A DNA stretch of 64,000 bases from an uncultured Oscillospiraceae bacterium (lineage in GTDB: Bacteria; Bacillota; Clostridia; Christensenellales; QALW01): contig CAZBLS010000001.1 in NCBI GenBank assembly GCA_964492705.1, positions 5,281-69,280 of the forward strand. Reading direction: 5' to 3'. Positions within the stretch are counted from its first letter, which is position 1; each line of letters opens with the position of its first letter. Of this stretch, positions 10,068 through 20,024 are shown piece by piece. A program made the translations under genes and the position numbers. The notes below the pieces were generated by a model that had not been told where the DNA came from, did no database searches, and was given only the letters and a program-made list of their open reading frames with translations.

Positions 10068-10237
10068 GGTCTTTCCTCCTTTTGCGGCATATAAAGTTCA
10101 CTCCACGCCGTGCCCGTATCAAGTGCTTCTTTTAAAGATACGGGCGGAGTAAATTTTTGTACGGGTATATAAGCATTGGCAAGAGGAAAAGAATCAAGGG
10201 TATTTTTCCCGTTACCGTCAAGGCAATACGTCTGCAT
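10064..10237 (-). CDS. cotJA: spore coat-associated protein CotJA
   Basis: LANAYIPVQKF...LDTGTAWSELYMP motif. Preferred ATG at 10237 with AAGGA 8 nt upstream. Confidence 0.7.
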   Translation of the reverse strand: MQTYCLDGNGKNTLDSFPLANAYIPVQKFTPPVSLKEALDTGTAWSELYMPQKEERP

Positions 10238-10370
10238 AAAAAACGTCCTTTCCGAGTTTTTGCGGAAGTTATTCCGCATACTTATACTATGATTTGTTTT
10301 TGTTTTTTGTCATAATACGACACCAAGCAAAATACAATACAAGTAGCAACCGAAAAAAAGGAGAATTTTT

Positions 10371-10628
10371 ATGACCGACTGCGAAATATTGGGAATTTCA
10401 CCTTGGGCAACAGGCGAAGAAATCCGCATTGCCTACTTAAACAAAATAAAAGAGTTTCACCCCGACGTATATAAGGGAAACAAAAGAGAAGCCGTTGAAA
10501 TGACAGAGAAAATAAATTCCGCATATTCACGGCTTAAAAGCATTATTCCGCCTACACCCTGTCCCGAAATAACCCACAGCGGAAAAATATACGGTGCGAA
10601 AAACGGCAGTACGGTTTTTACGCTGTAA
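10371..10628 (+). CDS. J-domain-only mini-protein
   Basis: 85 aa with ILGISPWATGEEIRIAYLNKIKEFHPDVY (HPD). No Zn-finger or C-terminal DnaJ domains. AAGGAGAA RBS. Confidence 0.7.
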   Translation: MTDCEILGISPWATGEEIRIAYLNKIKEFHPDVYKGNKREAVEMTEKINSAYSRLKSIIPPTPCPEITHSGKIYGAKNGSTVFTL

Positions 10629-10652
10629 AAAAGGGCGAAATCAACTTCGCCC
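10627..10652 (-). terminator. feoA terminator overlapping its stop codon
   Basis: Minus strand GGGCGAA-gttgat-TTCGCCC followed by T6. The feoA TGA sits in the loop. Confidence 0.65.
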
Positions 10653-10883
10653 CGTACGCACCGTATTTACTTTTTCTCCATCTTCCCTGCGCAATACAAG
10701 ATGATAACCTCGCAGGGCGATTTCAATAGGTCCTCTAAACGGAGCAGAACGCAAAAGCGTAACTTCCGTGCCCTCAACAAGTCCCATATCCCACATACGC
10801 TCCCGTATGGGACACGTTACGTCAATATCCGTTATTATTCCGCTTTCGCCCGCTTTCAGATCCGACAGTTTCATATTTTTCAC
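10641..10883 (-). CDS. feoA: FeoA-family protein (no feoB in the window)
   Basis: 80-aa SH3-like FeoA pattern LSDLKAGESGIITDI...RMWDMGLVEGTEVTLLRSAPFRGPIEI. Confidence 0.8.
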   Translation of the reverse strand: MKNMKLSDLKAGESGIITDIDVTCPIRERMWDMGLVEGTEVTLLRSAPFRGPIEIALRGYHLVLRREDGEKVNTVRTGRS

Positions 10884-10921
10884 CTCGGTATATGTTTATG
10901 CCGTCAGTTCTTTCGGGAGAA

Positions 10922-10947
10922 CAAAAAAGCCGACTTAAAGTCGGCTT
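10922..10947 (-). terminator. terminator after the DUF1292 gene
   Basis: AGCCGAC-ttaaa-GTCGGCT palindrome, followed on the minus strand by T6. Confidence 0.65.
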
Positions 10948-10956
10948 AAAAAATTA

Positions 10957-11304
10957 TCAGTGCTCGCAACCGCAATCGCAACCGTCGTCGCAATCACAGT
11001 CATACTCATCGGCTTCGCCGGAGCAACCGTGGCAGGAACAACAATCGTGCGTGCATCCTCCGCTCATTTCTTCAAGTTTGGCCATAATTACAGGAGTAAG
11101 TCCTGTCATTTCTTCATCGTCGGGCATTTCAAAAGAAAGTTCTCCGTCCTTATGTTCCATACGCATAACGTAAACTCCGCCGTCCGCCTCATCGTGAGGT
11201 GAAGCCAAAAGGGCATAATTTTTGCCCTGAAAATCGAAATTATCGATCATCATAAGTCCTATTTCTTTACCTGTGTCATCCTGAAAATAGAGTAAATCGT
11301 CCAT
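10957..11304 (-). CDS. DUF1292-like protein with a Cys/Asp/His-rich C-terminal tail
   Basis: The N-terminal 80 aa (DDTGKEIGLMMIDNFDFQGKNYALL...DGGVYVMR) fit DUF1292. The last 33 aa, CTHDCCSCHGCSGEADEYDCDCDDGCDCGCEH, contain 10 Cys and 3 His. Confidence 0.7.
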   Translation of the reverse strand: MDDLLYFQDDTGKEIGLMMIDNFDFQGKNYALLASPHDEADGGVYVMRMEHKDGELSFEMPDDEEMTGLTPVIMAKLEEMSGGCTHDCCSCHGCSGEADEYDCDCDDGCDCGCEH

Positions 11305-11394
11305 TTTATACCTCCGAATATATTACTGTAAGTCATTATATATTGTTATTCCGTTCTTGGCAAGCAAATATTTTCAATTTTCACCTTTCTTTGC

Positions 11395-11423
11395 TTGAAA
11401 ATTACGCATTTGTGTGATATAAT
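11395..11423 (+). promoter_or_regulatory. sigma-A promoter of the yqhQ-prmC-prfA operon
   Basis: TTGAAA (11395-11400), 17-nt spacer ending in TGtGa, TATAAT (11418-11423). Confidence 0.6.
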
Positions 11424-11534
11424 GTATACGGAAACTTTTGCGATTGCACTGTTTGCTTCCCGTTAATCGGCATTCGCTTTTATGCTGTTTATGGGAAATT
11501 TTATTTTTAAAATTTTAATTTTAGGAGACCGAAT

Positions 11535-12740
11535 ATGAAATATACTTCTATCGGCGGACAGGCCGTTATGGAGGGCGTAATGATGCGCTCGTCAAATTCA
11601 ATGGCTATGTCGGTCCGTCGCAGTGACGGTTCTATCGTAACCGAAAAGAAAATCATCGTACGCAAGCCTTGGCGCAAGACCGTTGCCAAAATTCCCGTTG
11701 TAAGAGGCGTTGTGGCATTTGTGGAATCCCTTGTACAGGGTATGGGACTGACCACCCGTTCTGCCGAAATGTACGGTGAAGACGCCCTTGCAGATGAAGA
11801 GCCTACAAAATTCGAAAAATGGATATCGGAAAAGTTCAATATCAAACTTGAAACGGTGGTTATGGCTGTGGGCGTTGTCCTCGGTCTTGCACTTTCGTTT
11901 TTCCTGTTTATTTTTCTGCCTTCCCTTGCATCCAAAGGCTTTTGGGCATTGCTTTTAAATAAAGGCATAACTCCCGAAAACGCTTCCCTCGGGACAAAAC
12001 TTTTACTTGATATTATCGAGGGCGTTATCAAGATACTTATTTTTATAGGCTATATTGTAAGTATAAGTTTTATGAAAGATATTAAACGTTTGTTTATGTA
12101 TCACGGTGCTGAACACAAGGTTATTTCCTGCTACGAACACGGTTTGCCCCTCACCCCCGAAAATGCACAGAAGTTTTCAACTTCCCACCCCCGTTGCGGA
12201 ACTTCCTTTTTGTTTATAATTATGACGGTTGGCATTTTGCTTACCGCCGTTGCCGACGACCTTTTCGGTTTAAGCACCGCCACCGCAGGCGCTATGGTAG
12301 TACGCTTGGCTGTAAAACTCGCTATGCTCCCCCTGATTGCAGGCGTTTCTTACGAACTGCTTAAACTTTTGGCACTGAGCGACAATATCTTTTTCAGAAT
12401 ACTCCGTGCACCGGGTATGCTTATGCAAAAACTTACCACTCGCCAACCCGATGACAGTATGCTTGAAGTTTCCATAAAAAGTTTTAAAACCGTGCTCTAT
12501 ACCGACGGACTTTCCGACGAAAACCCCGAAGAAGCGGAAAATATCACCTCAGTCAACGGAGGAAATGCCGAAAATACCGACAATAACAAAAATACCGAAG
12601 AAGCACAAACCGAATCATCCGCCGACTCTGACACCACCGAAAGTGCAAATACGGAAAATATTTCATTTAACAGAGAAACCGAGAACGGAACTTTGACGGA
12701 AGACGGCACGGAAGTTTCCGATAAAGACGGCGAACAATGA
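11535..12740 (+). CDS. DUF1385 (YqhQ-like) membrane protein with an acidic low-complexity C-terminal extension
   Basis: IGGQAVMEGVMMR and YHGAEHKVI motifs of DUF1385. Canonical position upstream of prmC-prfA. About 85 aa of extra E/D/N/T-rich tail. Confidence 0.8.
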   Translation: MKYTSIGGQAVMEGVMMRSSNSMAMSVRRSDGSIVTEKKIIVRKPWRKTVAKIPVVRGVVAFVESLVQGMGLTTRSAEMYGEDALADEEPTKFEKWISEKFNIKLETVVMAVGVVLGLALSFFLFIFLPSLASKGFWALLLNKGITPENASLGTKLLLDIIEGVIKILIFIGYIVSISFMKDIKRLFMYHGAEHKVISCYEHGLPLTPENAQKFSTSHPRCGTSFLFIIMTVGILLTAVADDLFGLSTATAGAMVVRLAVKLAMLPLIAGVSYELLKLLALSDNIFFRILRAPGMLMQKLTTRQPDDSMLEVSIKSFKTVLYTDGLSDENPEEAENITSVNGGNAENTDNNKNTEEAQTESSADSDTTESANTENISFNRETENGTLTEDGTEVSDKDGEQ

Positions 12741-13570
12741 ATATATCCGATGCAATAAAATACGCTTCCGACAAACTTTTTTCGGTTCCAGACAGAGACG
12801 TAGACGTTATGTGGATACTCTCCGCCGTAACGGGGCTTTCCCGTTGCGAACTTCGGTTTGAAAAAGACAGAGTTTTAACGGAAAAGCAGGAAAATCTTTT
12901 AAACGCAATACTTTCACGCCGTGCGGAAAGAGAGCCGTTACAGTATATTTTCGGTTTTGTGCCCTTTTATAACGTGGAATTAAAATGTGACAGCCGTGCC
13001 CTTATCCCAAGGGACGAAACCGCCTGTATGACGGAGGAAGCGGTTAGAATAATCAAAGAAAAAAATTATTCTTCCGTCCTTGACCTCTGCACAGGTTCTG
13101 GTGCAATCGCCGTTGCAATGAAGCATAATCTTCCGAACACACAGGTTTGCGCCTCGGATATAAGCGAAGATGCCCTTTCCCTTGCAAAGGAAAACGCACT
13201 GAAAAATTCCGCGGATATTGAATTTAAACAAGGCGACCTTTTTGAGCCGTGGGAAAACAGGAAATTCGGTATGATAATATCGAACCCTCCCTACGTTGCC
13301 ACCAAAGATATGGAAAAACTCGAAAGAGAACTTTACTTTGAACCTGCGTGCGCCCTTGACGGCGGATGCGACGGTCTTGATTTTTACCGTGATATAGTGC
13401 TTGAAGCCAAGGAACATCTCGTAAAGGGCGGAATGCTTATGTTCGAAATAGGTTTTGGCCAAGGTGATGCACTGCGTTTTCTCCTTGCAAAGCAGGGTTT
13501 TTGCGAAATCAAAGTAGAAAAAGACTATTCGGGACTTGACAGAGTCGTGTCCTGTATTTTAGAGGAATAA
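12737..13570 (+). CDS. prmC: release-factor glutamine N5-methyltransferase
   Basis: NPPY motif (ISNPPYV), SAM-binding [12 protein letters not shown] overlap with the upstream gene, directly upstream of prfA. Confidence 0.9.
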   Translation: MNISDAIKYASDKLFSVPDRDVDVMWILSAVTGLSRCELRFEKDRVLTEKQENLLNAILSRRAEREPLQYIFGFVPFYNVELKCDSRALIPRDETACMTEEAVRIIKEKNYSSVLDLCTGSGAIAVAMKHNLPNTQVCASDISEDALSLAKENALKNSADIEFKQGDLFEPWENRKFGMIISNPPYVATKDMEKLERELYFEPACALDGGCDGLDFYRDIVLEAKEHLVKGGMLMFEIGFGQGDALRFLLAKQGFCEIKVEKDYSGLDRVVSCILEE

Positions 13571-13572
13571 AT

Positions 13573-14643
13573 ATGATAGAAAAACTTGAAGAAATGAATA
13601 TCAGATTGGAGGAACTTAACCAAAAATTAAGCGAACCCGACGTTATAGCCGACCGTGCGCTTTGGCAAGACCTTGCAAAAGAGCATTCCCGTTTAACGGA
13701 AATATCCGCAAAATACGGCGAATATAAATCTGTTACCGATGCTCTTGCGGATGCCAAAGAACTGCTTTTTTCGGGCGACAGCGAAATGAAAGAACTTGCC
13801 GAAGAAGAGATACGGGAACTTGACCCGAAAGCGGAACTTTTGGAAAACGAACTTAAAGAAATGCTTGCTCCCCGTGACCCCGACGATGACAAAAACGTAG
13901 TATTGGAGATCCGTGCAGGTACAGGCGGTGAAGAAGCGGCGCTGTTTGCATCCGACCTGTTGAGAATGTATATGCGCTATGCCGAGCGCAAGGGTTGGAA
14001 GTTTGAAATAACCAACACGAACGATACCGAAATAAGCGGTGTTAAAGAAGCGGTATGCCTTGTTTCGGGCAAGGAAGTTTTCCGCCATATGAAGTTTGAG
14101 AGCGGAACTCACCGAGTACAGCGTGTACCCGTAACCGAATCCGGCGGACGCATACACACTTCCGCAGCCACCGTAGCCGTTCTTCCCGAAGCGGACGATA
14201 TCGATATAACAATTGATGCAAATGACTTGCTTATTGAAACTCACCGTTCTTCCGGTGCAGGCGGTCAGCACGTAAACAAGACCGAATCCGCCGTGCGTAT
14301 GGTTCACTTGCCCACGGGCATAGAAGTTGACTGTCAGGATGAGCGTTCGCAAATAAAGAACCGCGAAAAGGCAATGAAAGTGCTTAAATCCCGAGTGTAT
14401 GACTATTATCAGTCAATTGCAGACAAGGAATATTCCGGTATGCGTAAGGCGCAGATAGGCTCCGGCGACCGCAGTGAGCGCATCCGTACCTATAATTTCC
14501 CCCAAGGCAGAGTTACAGACCACCGTATCGGAATGACGCTTTACAAACTTGATTCTTTCCTTAACGGTGACCTTGACGAAATGGTTTCCGCCCTTATTTT
14601 AGCGGCAAGCACCGGCGAATTGGGTTCAGGTGAGGGCGATTAA
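13573..14643 (+). CDS. prfA: peptide chain release factor 1
   Basis: GGQ motif ([16 protein letters not shown]). 356 aa. I read [14 protein letters not shown] as the RF1 codon-recognition region. Confidence 0.95.
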   Translation: MIEKLEEMNIRLEELNQKLSEPDVIADRALWQDLAKEHSRLTEISAKYGEYKSVTDALADAKELLFSGDSEMKELAEEEIRELDPKAELLENELKEMLAPRDPDDDKNVVLEIRAGTGGEEAALFASDLLRMYMRYAERKGWKFEITNTNDTEISGVKEAVCLVSGKEVFRHMKFESGTHRVQRVPVTESGGRIHTSAATVAVLPEADDIDITIDANDLLIETHRSSGAGGQHVNKTESAVRMVHLPTGIEVDCQDERSQIKNREKAMKVLKSRVYDYYQSIADKEYSGMRKAQIGSGDRSERIRTYNFPQGRVTDHRIGMTLYKLDSFLNGDLDEMVSALILAASTGELGSGEGD

Positions 14644-14646
14644 ACT

Positions 14647-15285
14647 ATGGATTTTAAAACTCTTATATTTGATTTTGACGGTACACTTGTGGATTCAATG
14701 CCATATTGGGTGGACGAAATGCTCGGCTATTTAAATAAAAAACACGTTAAATATCCCGACAATATAATTGAAATAATCACTCCCCTCGGCGACAGAGGCT
14801 CTGCCGAATATTTTATAAACGAACTCGGCGTAGACGATACGGTGGAAAACATTTGCACTGCCGTTGAAGCATATGCCGATAACGCATACCGCAATCTTAT
14901 TCCCTTAAAAAGCGGTGTAAAGGAATTTTTGACAAAGCAAAAAAATAAAGGTTGCAGTCTTAATATACTTACTATGTGCGACCGCATTACCCTTGAACTC
15001 TGCCTTAACCGCACGGGAGTTTTGGATCTTTTTGACAATATTTGGAGTTGCGGAGATTTCGGGTTAACCAAAGCCGACAGCGAAATTTTCGGTACCGTTG
15101 CAGAACTTTTGCACGTTGCACCTGAAACGGTTGCTTTTTTTGATGACAGTTCCGTTGCCATTGACTCGGCAAACAAAGCGGGATTTTATACGGTAGGTGT
15201 TTTTGACGAATGTTCCGCATCATTTGCAGAGAGAATAAAAAGTTCCGCAAACGAGTATATAAACTCCTTTGAAGAACTTTTATAA
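14647..15285 (+). CDS. HAD-family hydrolase
   Basis: Motif I FDFDGTLVDS. 212 aa. Confidence 0.7.
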   Translation: MDFKTLIFDFDGTLVDSMPYWVDEMLGYLNKKHVKYPDNIIEIITPLGDRGSAEYFINELGVDDTVENICTAVEAYADNAYRNLIPLKSGVKEFLTKQKNKGCSLNILTMCDRITLELCLNRTGVLDLFDNIWSCGDFGLTKADSEIFGTVAELLHVAPETVAFFDDSSVAIDSANKAGFYTVGVFDECSASFAERIKSSANEYINSFEELL

Positions 15286-15297
15286 AGGAGAAATAAT

Positions 15298-16158
15298 ATG
15301 AAACTATCGGTTGAATCATTTGCAGTTGCACAGAAACTGGGCGACAAAGGTGCTTTTGACGCCATAAAGAATTCCGGCTTTGATGCCGTGGACTATTCCT
15401 ACTATTGGAGAGGCGAGGACGAAAAGAAACTTTTCGGCGATAACTACCTTGACTATGCAAAAGAATTGCGCAGTTATCTTGATGAGATAGGTCTTGAATG
15501 TTCGCAGGCGCACGCACCTTTCCCTGCGCCGTTTCTTGATGTATTTACAGAGGAGAACGTTCAGTACCGCAACATCGTCCGTTCAATTGAATCCGCTTCC
15601 GTGCTCGGTGCAAAAAACATTGTGGTACACGCCGCATCATTGGAGGATAAAAAACTTTTGGAAGAATATAATATTAAATTCTACAAAAGTCTTATTCCCT
15701 ACTGCGAAAAATTCAATATCCGTGTTGCCGTTGAAAACCTTTTTGTTTACGACAACAAGCGCAGATACCACAGGGGTACATTCGGCACCGCCGAAGAACT
15801 GAAAAACGTTATCGGCAAAATAAATTCGCCCTATATTGTGGGATGCATAGATATCGGACACGCCGCTCTTACCGCAGGTGAACCGGAAGATTTTATAAAA
15901 AATTCCGATTTTTCGCAGATAAAAACTTTGCACATCCAAGATACCGACTATCTTTCGGATATGCATATGCTTCCGTTCTTGGGAAAACTTAATTTTTCAA
16001 ATATTATGTCCGCATTGAAACAGGCAAACTATGACGGCGACCTCACTTTTGAAATATTTAAGTTTCTCTCCCTCTTTCCTAACGAACTTATTCCAAATGC
16101 CCTTAAATTTGCCTGTGATACGGGACGTTATCTTATAAGTCTTTACGAAAAAGCATAG
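15298..16158 (+). CDS. sugar phosphate isomerase/epimerase (xylose-isomerase-like TIM barrel)
   Basis: 286 aa. The AVEN...D.GH...H.QD metal-ligand pattern (VAVENLF, IDIGHAAL, LHIQDTD) fits the AP-endonuclease-2/TIM-barrel family. Confidence 0.7.
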   Translation: MKLSVESFAVAQKLGDKGAFDAIKNSGFDAVDYSYYWRGEDEKKLFGDNYLDYAKELRSYLDEIGLECSQAHAPFPAPFLDVFTEENVQYRNIVRSIESASVLGAKNIVVHAASLEDKKLLEEYNIKFYKSLIPYCEKFNIRVAVENLFVYDNKRRYHRGTFGTAEELKNVIGKINSPYIVGCIDIGHAALTAGEPEDFIKNSDFSQIKTLHIQDTDYLSDMHMLPFLGKLNFSNIMSALKQANYDGDLTFEIFKFLSLFPNELIPNALKFACDTGRYLISLYEKA

Positions 16159-16264
16159 AGTGACAGTTCTCTTTAACCTTAATTGCCTACGTACCGAAAT
16201 CGGGTCGAATATTTCGTTTTCCAATACCGGTAAACCGCAAATATTTTTACGGTATTTTTCATAC

Positions 16265-16291
16265 GGCGGAAGTTAAATTCCGCCTATTTTT
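16265..16291 (+). terminator. terminator of the prfA-side operon
   Basis: GGCGGA-agttaaat-TCCGCC followed by TATTTTTG. Confidence 0.55.
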
Positions 16292-16326
16292 GTATACTTC
16301 TTTTATCCCCGATATTTCATTATACT

Positions 16327-16373
16327 AAAAAAAGACCGCTTACTTATCCCTTTAAATGATAAGCAAGCGGTCT
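16327..16373 (-). terminator. strong terminator after the 589-aa gene
   Basis: 16-bp stem (15/16 paired) AGACCGCTTACTTATC / GATAAGCAAGCGGTCT, followed on the minus strand by T6-7. Confidence 0.75.
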
Positions 16374-16420
16374 TTATCATATAATTTTCTCTTTATAGCG
16401 TTTTCGGTTTTAAAAAATTG

Positions 16421-18190
16421 TTACTCAGTCTGTTCATTTTTTACCGTTTCGTTTATTTTGTCGAAATCCGCAATATACGTAACAGGCTTAACTTCTTCGC
16501 CGTCGGTGTAAGTTAAACTTATTATTATCTCCTTTGCCCTGTCCGATGCGAAAAACGATGCGTTTACGCTTTGGGCAAGGGAAGTTGTCTCTTTATCTTC
16601 AATACCGTATTTCATTATCTGATAATAAAATTCGGGGTCGCCCGTTTCTGTTACGTAATACAGGTATGCATTATCCGAAGAAATGAAAAATTCACTTAAC
16701 ATCACGTCACGGTACACCGTTTCAACGGTCTTTTCGGAAATATTTATTATTTTCAAATCACGCACTGCCGTATCGTAATTTTCTTCTACCACTGCCACTA
16801 TATTTCCGTCTGCCGAAACCGCAAACTGTGCGCCCTTTGCAATTACTTCCTGTGTGTTATTTACAACTTCATTGCGGACAACTGCTTCGTATTCTTCAAC
16901 CACGTCGCAATAATACAGATATCCGCTTTTGTAAAACAGTTCGGTTTCCGCTATCATATTCTCCGCAAGAATGCGCTCACTGCCGTCACTTATGCCGAAT
17001 TCCGACAAAGTATACGTTTCATTCCCCTTTAAGCAGTACAAAAGCGTACCGTCGCCGTTAAGTTCTATTGCACTGATATTATCATTTCCGTCGGTCGAAC
17101 CTACAACTTTGATCTCTCCGCTTTCGGTAAAAAGCACGGTAAGCAAATCGGTTTCGTCGGCGTGCTCAACGAATGCTATTACTTTTCCGTCATCGGAAAC
17201 CGTTGCCTTAACGACGGTTGAAAAAGTACGGTCGGTAAGTGCGTGCCTTACGCCGTCCCTGTCGGCAATGTAGAGTTTTTCGGTGCCGTCTTCGGTCTTT
17301 GCAAAAAGACCTCCCCTGTTATCGGGCAAAAGACACAGAAACCGAGCATCGGTAAAGAATGGCGTAAGAGTCGTCTTTGCGCCGTCAACGCTGAGAACGG
17401 ATTCGTTTAACTGTGCAAGTGAATCGCTTGTATACCAATATGGTATAAGTGAAAATCTGTCGCCCTCGGCAATACGCAATTCTTTACCCTCATACGCACC
17501 TGCAACAAGTTTTTCCTTTGCCTTTTCAGCCTCGGCAACGGACGGATACATCTCACTTACCGTTATAACGCTCACGCCGTCGGAAGAAAGCGTTGGTGTA
17601 AAAGTATCATCGGGCATAGCACCCGTTTGATATTCGTAATACATATCGGCAACAATATATGCGCCGTTTTTATTATTGATTTCTTTTGTCAGTTGCAGGA
17701 TAACCGAAAATCCGTCTTCGTTTTCCGCAACCTTGAATTTCACATCGCAGGCAAGATTAAAATACAGTACCGTATCGCCGTTTTCTTCAACAAGACTCTG
17801 CCTGAAAAAGCCGTGAATAAAGCCCGTTTCGTCATCGGGAACGCCGTCAACGATATAGTCCCAAGAAGTAACGCCCGACACCGTCACTCGCATTCTCGAC
17901 GGTGCGGAAAGGAAATCCACCGTGTATTCGGGCACAACGCTGTTTTCTGACTGAACGGTAAACTTTATTTCCATATCCATCGGTCCCGTATATAAGTAGG
18001 ATATGGCGGAAAGATTTGCATTTTCCGCTGTTTTTCCGCCCGAATATGAAAGTGTCGTGGAATTATATTTTTCGGGATCGTATTTTTCTTTTGAAAAGAT
18101 CAATACGGCAACTATGGTTAAAACCGCAACCGCAATCACTGCGCACAGTGCGATAATTCCCGTCTTTTTTGTTATTTTTATCGGGATCAC
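16421..18190 (-). CDS. membrane-anchored protein with TolB-like beta-propeller repeats, function unknown
   Basis: N-terminal TM helix (IIALCAVIAVAVLTIVAVLIF). C-terminal half has repeated DG..(I/L)hhh...blade-like segments (DGKVIAFVEH, GDGTLLYCLK, ADGNIVAVVEE, NAYLYYVTE). Confidence 0.5.
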   Translation of the reverse strand: MIPIKITKKTGIIALCAVIAVAVLTIVAVLIFSKEKYDPEKYNSTTLSYSGGKTAENANLSAISYLYTGPMDMEIKFTVQSENSVVPEYTVDFLSAPSRMRVTVSGVTSWDYIVDGVPDDETGFIHGFFRQSLVEENGDTVLYFNLACDVKFKVAENEDGFSVILQLTKEINNKNGAYIVADMYYEYQTGAMPDDTFTPTLSSDGVSVITVSEMYPSVAEAEKAKEKLVAGAYEGKELRIAEGDRFSLIPYWYTSDSLAQLNESVLSVDGAKTTLTPFFTDARFLCLLPDNRGGLFAKTEDGTEKLYIADRDGVRHALTDRTFSTVVKATVSDDGKVIAFVEHADETDLLTVLFTESGEIKVVGSTDGNDNISAIELNGDGTLLYCLKGNETYTLSEFGISDGSERILAENMIAETELFYKSGYLYYCDVVEEYEAVVRNEVVNNTQEVIAKGAQFAVSADGNIVAVVEENYDTAVRDLKIINISEKTVETVYRDVMLSEFFISSDNAYLYYVTETGDPEFYYQIMKYGIEDKETTSLAQSVNASFFASDRAKEIIISLTYTDGEEVKPVTYIADFDKINETVKNEQTE

Positions 18191-18202
18191 CTGTATTCCC
18201 CC

Positions 18203-18910
18203 TTACAGTACTGATTTCAGTATATTGAATATTATATTATGGTTAAAGAACAGCCGTCCGAAAAATGAGCCCTGTATCATCGTATTAAAATCTTCCATAG
18301 GCAAAACCGACATTACAATGGGAATTACTGCGAATACAATGCAGACGAACACCGCCGCCTGTAACACACCGCAAACGCCCCCTGCCGTTTTGTCAAACTG
18401 CTTTAATACGGGAAGTTTTGCAACAAAATCCACAATACCTATAACAAACGTGCATATAAGTTTCACAGCAAAGAAAATTATAAGAAAACTTATAAGGCTC
18501 AAACTCAAATTTATGAGAGTTTGGTTAAAATAATCGCTGAGCGTGTTTATGCCCTGCTGTGCGAAAGTGTTGTTGAGGATGTTGTCAAGCATCATATTTT
18601 CAATGGGTTTGGGCAAATCGGAAGATGAAATTATCTCGGTAACCTTTTCTGCGCCCAAAGTATTAACGTCTACATTGGCAACGCTCATATCGCTTAATTT
18701 TTCAACACCTGCGGTCAGATAGAGCAAAGTGTTGTCAAAATTGGTTTTTGCAAGTATAAAAGAAGCAAGAGGTTTGTAAAAGATAAGTGCTATCAGCCAA
18801 GATGCTACGTACGAAGCCAAATTAAACACCGTAGTGAGAAATCCTTTATACCATCCCAAAAGAAAACCCACCGCCAAAACCGCAATAATGCCAAGATCGA
18901 TCAAATTCAT
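18203..18910 (-). CDS. cvpA: CvpA-family membrane protein
   Basis: MNLIDLGIIAVLAVGFLLGWYKGFL is the typical CvpA N-terminus. Polytopic. Confidence 0.7.
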   Translation of the reverse strand: MNLIDLGIIAVLAVGFLLGWYKGFLTTVFNLASYVASWLIALIFYKPLASFILAKTNFDNTLLYLTAGVEKLSDMSVANVDVNTLGAEKVTEIISSSDLPKPIENMMLDNILNNTFAQQGINTLSDYFNQTLINLSLSLISFLIIFFAVKLICTFVIGIVDFVAKLPVLKQFDKTAGGVCGVLQAAVFVCIVFAVIPIVMSVLPMEDFNTMIQGSFFGRLFFNHNIIFNILKSVL

Positions 18911-18922
18911 ACTATTACCTCC

Positions 18923-20008
18923 TTATGCGGAAATATCGTAACGGTAAACATTGCCGTCGGAATTTATCAGCACATAACCGTCGCCCTGAACAAGCCCGTC
19001 AACTTTAACGGGAAATCTGTGCTTTACGTAATTACCGTTTTTAGGGTTAAACTTATACATAAAATAGTTGCTGAACCCGAAATATCCCTTTGGGGAAACT
19101 GCGGCACAGTTTATTTTTTCCTCACACTGTATATCCTTAGCATTCTTTTCGCCTATCGCTTTAAGATTACCGTTATTTACAAGAAGAATATGCATTTTCC
19201 CCTTAATCTGCCCCGACGCAATAACATCGTAGCCGTTGGCACTGTAATCGAAATTTACCGCACCCGTATAGTCGCAGTCCCGAACCATAATTTTCTCTGT
19301 ACCGAAAATGTAGCAAAGATTATCGGCGAACACCGCATCGTACATCATTTGGTCATCTGCACCGAAAGTAACCGTCTGCGTCTTTTCGTTTTCGTATTTA
19401 TAGGTATAAAGTCGATATTCGGGGGAATAACCCGACGTATCCACCGTTATTACCCAAACGCTGTCGGGCGAATATACACCGAACCTTATATTAGTGCAGG
19501 AAGAATTTGAAGTTATTCTGTCTATCTCGTCGCCCTCGCCGTTAAGTATTACAGTATCGTCGGAATTACTTAAACTTACGGCAGTAAGTCTGTCACCAAG
19601 TGCCACTTCCGAAACCGATTTTTCAAATTCTTTTGAAAATACAAATTCACCGTCGGCATTTATAACCTGCAATTTTCTGCCGGTTACCGTTGCCACTCGG
19701 GAAGATGAAACGTATACTCTCATACCGTCGGTAGTGCCGGAATATCCCCACATTACCTCGCCTCTGTCGTCAACGTAGTACAGGCAATGTTCATTTGCAT
19801 CAATATAGACCGCTCCGCCTGCAAAGGGCAGATACGTACTGCTTGCACCGAAAGGCATCTGTTTCAGTTTTGAGGTTTTTACCGTTTTTATATCGGTACG
19901 GAATACGATAAAAAGCAATACCGTTACCGTAATAACACCGATTACGGCAAGTATTATCGGCATCAGATCCGCTATATCAACTCTTTTTCTCGTTCTCACC
20001 GAGCGCAT
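18923..20008 (-). CDS. membrane-anchored beta-propeller-like protein (DUF5711-like), function unknown
   Basis: Single N-terminal TM helix followed by repeated beta-rich segments (CLYYVDDRGEVMWGY etc.). The family assignment is from memory only. Confidence 0.45.
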   Translation of the reverse strand: MRSVRTRKRVDIADLMPIILAVIGVITVTVLLFIVFRTDIKTVKTSKLKQMPFGASSTYLPFAGGAVYIDANEHCLYYVDDRGEVMWGYSGTTDGMRVYVSSSRVATVTGRKLQVINADGEFVFSKEFEKSVSEVALGDRLTAVSLSNSDDTVILNGEGDEIDRITSNSSCTNIRFGVYSPDSVWVITVDTSGYSPEYRLYTYKYENEKTQTVTFGADDQMMYDAVFADNLCYIFGTEKIMVRDCDYTGAVNFDYSANGYDVIASGQIKGKMHILLVNNGNLKAIGEKNAKDIQCEEKINCAAVSPKGYFGFSNYFMYKFNPKNGNYVKHRFPVKVDGLVQGDGYVLINSDGNVYRYDISA

Positions 20009-20024
20009 TTTGTCACCTCTGAAA

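Noticed and set aside
13693-14352. 219-aa minus-strand ORF inside prfA. Similar antisense ORFs occur inside radA, DUF1385, terL and others.
   Set aside because: These are shadow ORFs opposite strongly conserved genes. They have no RBS and no recognisable motifs.
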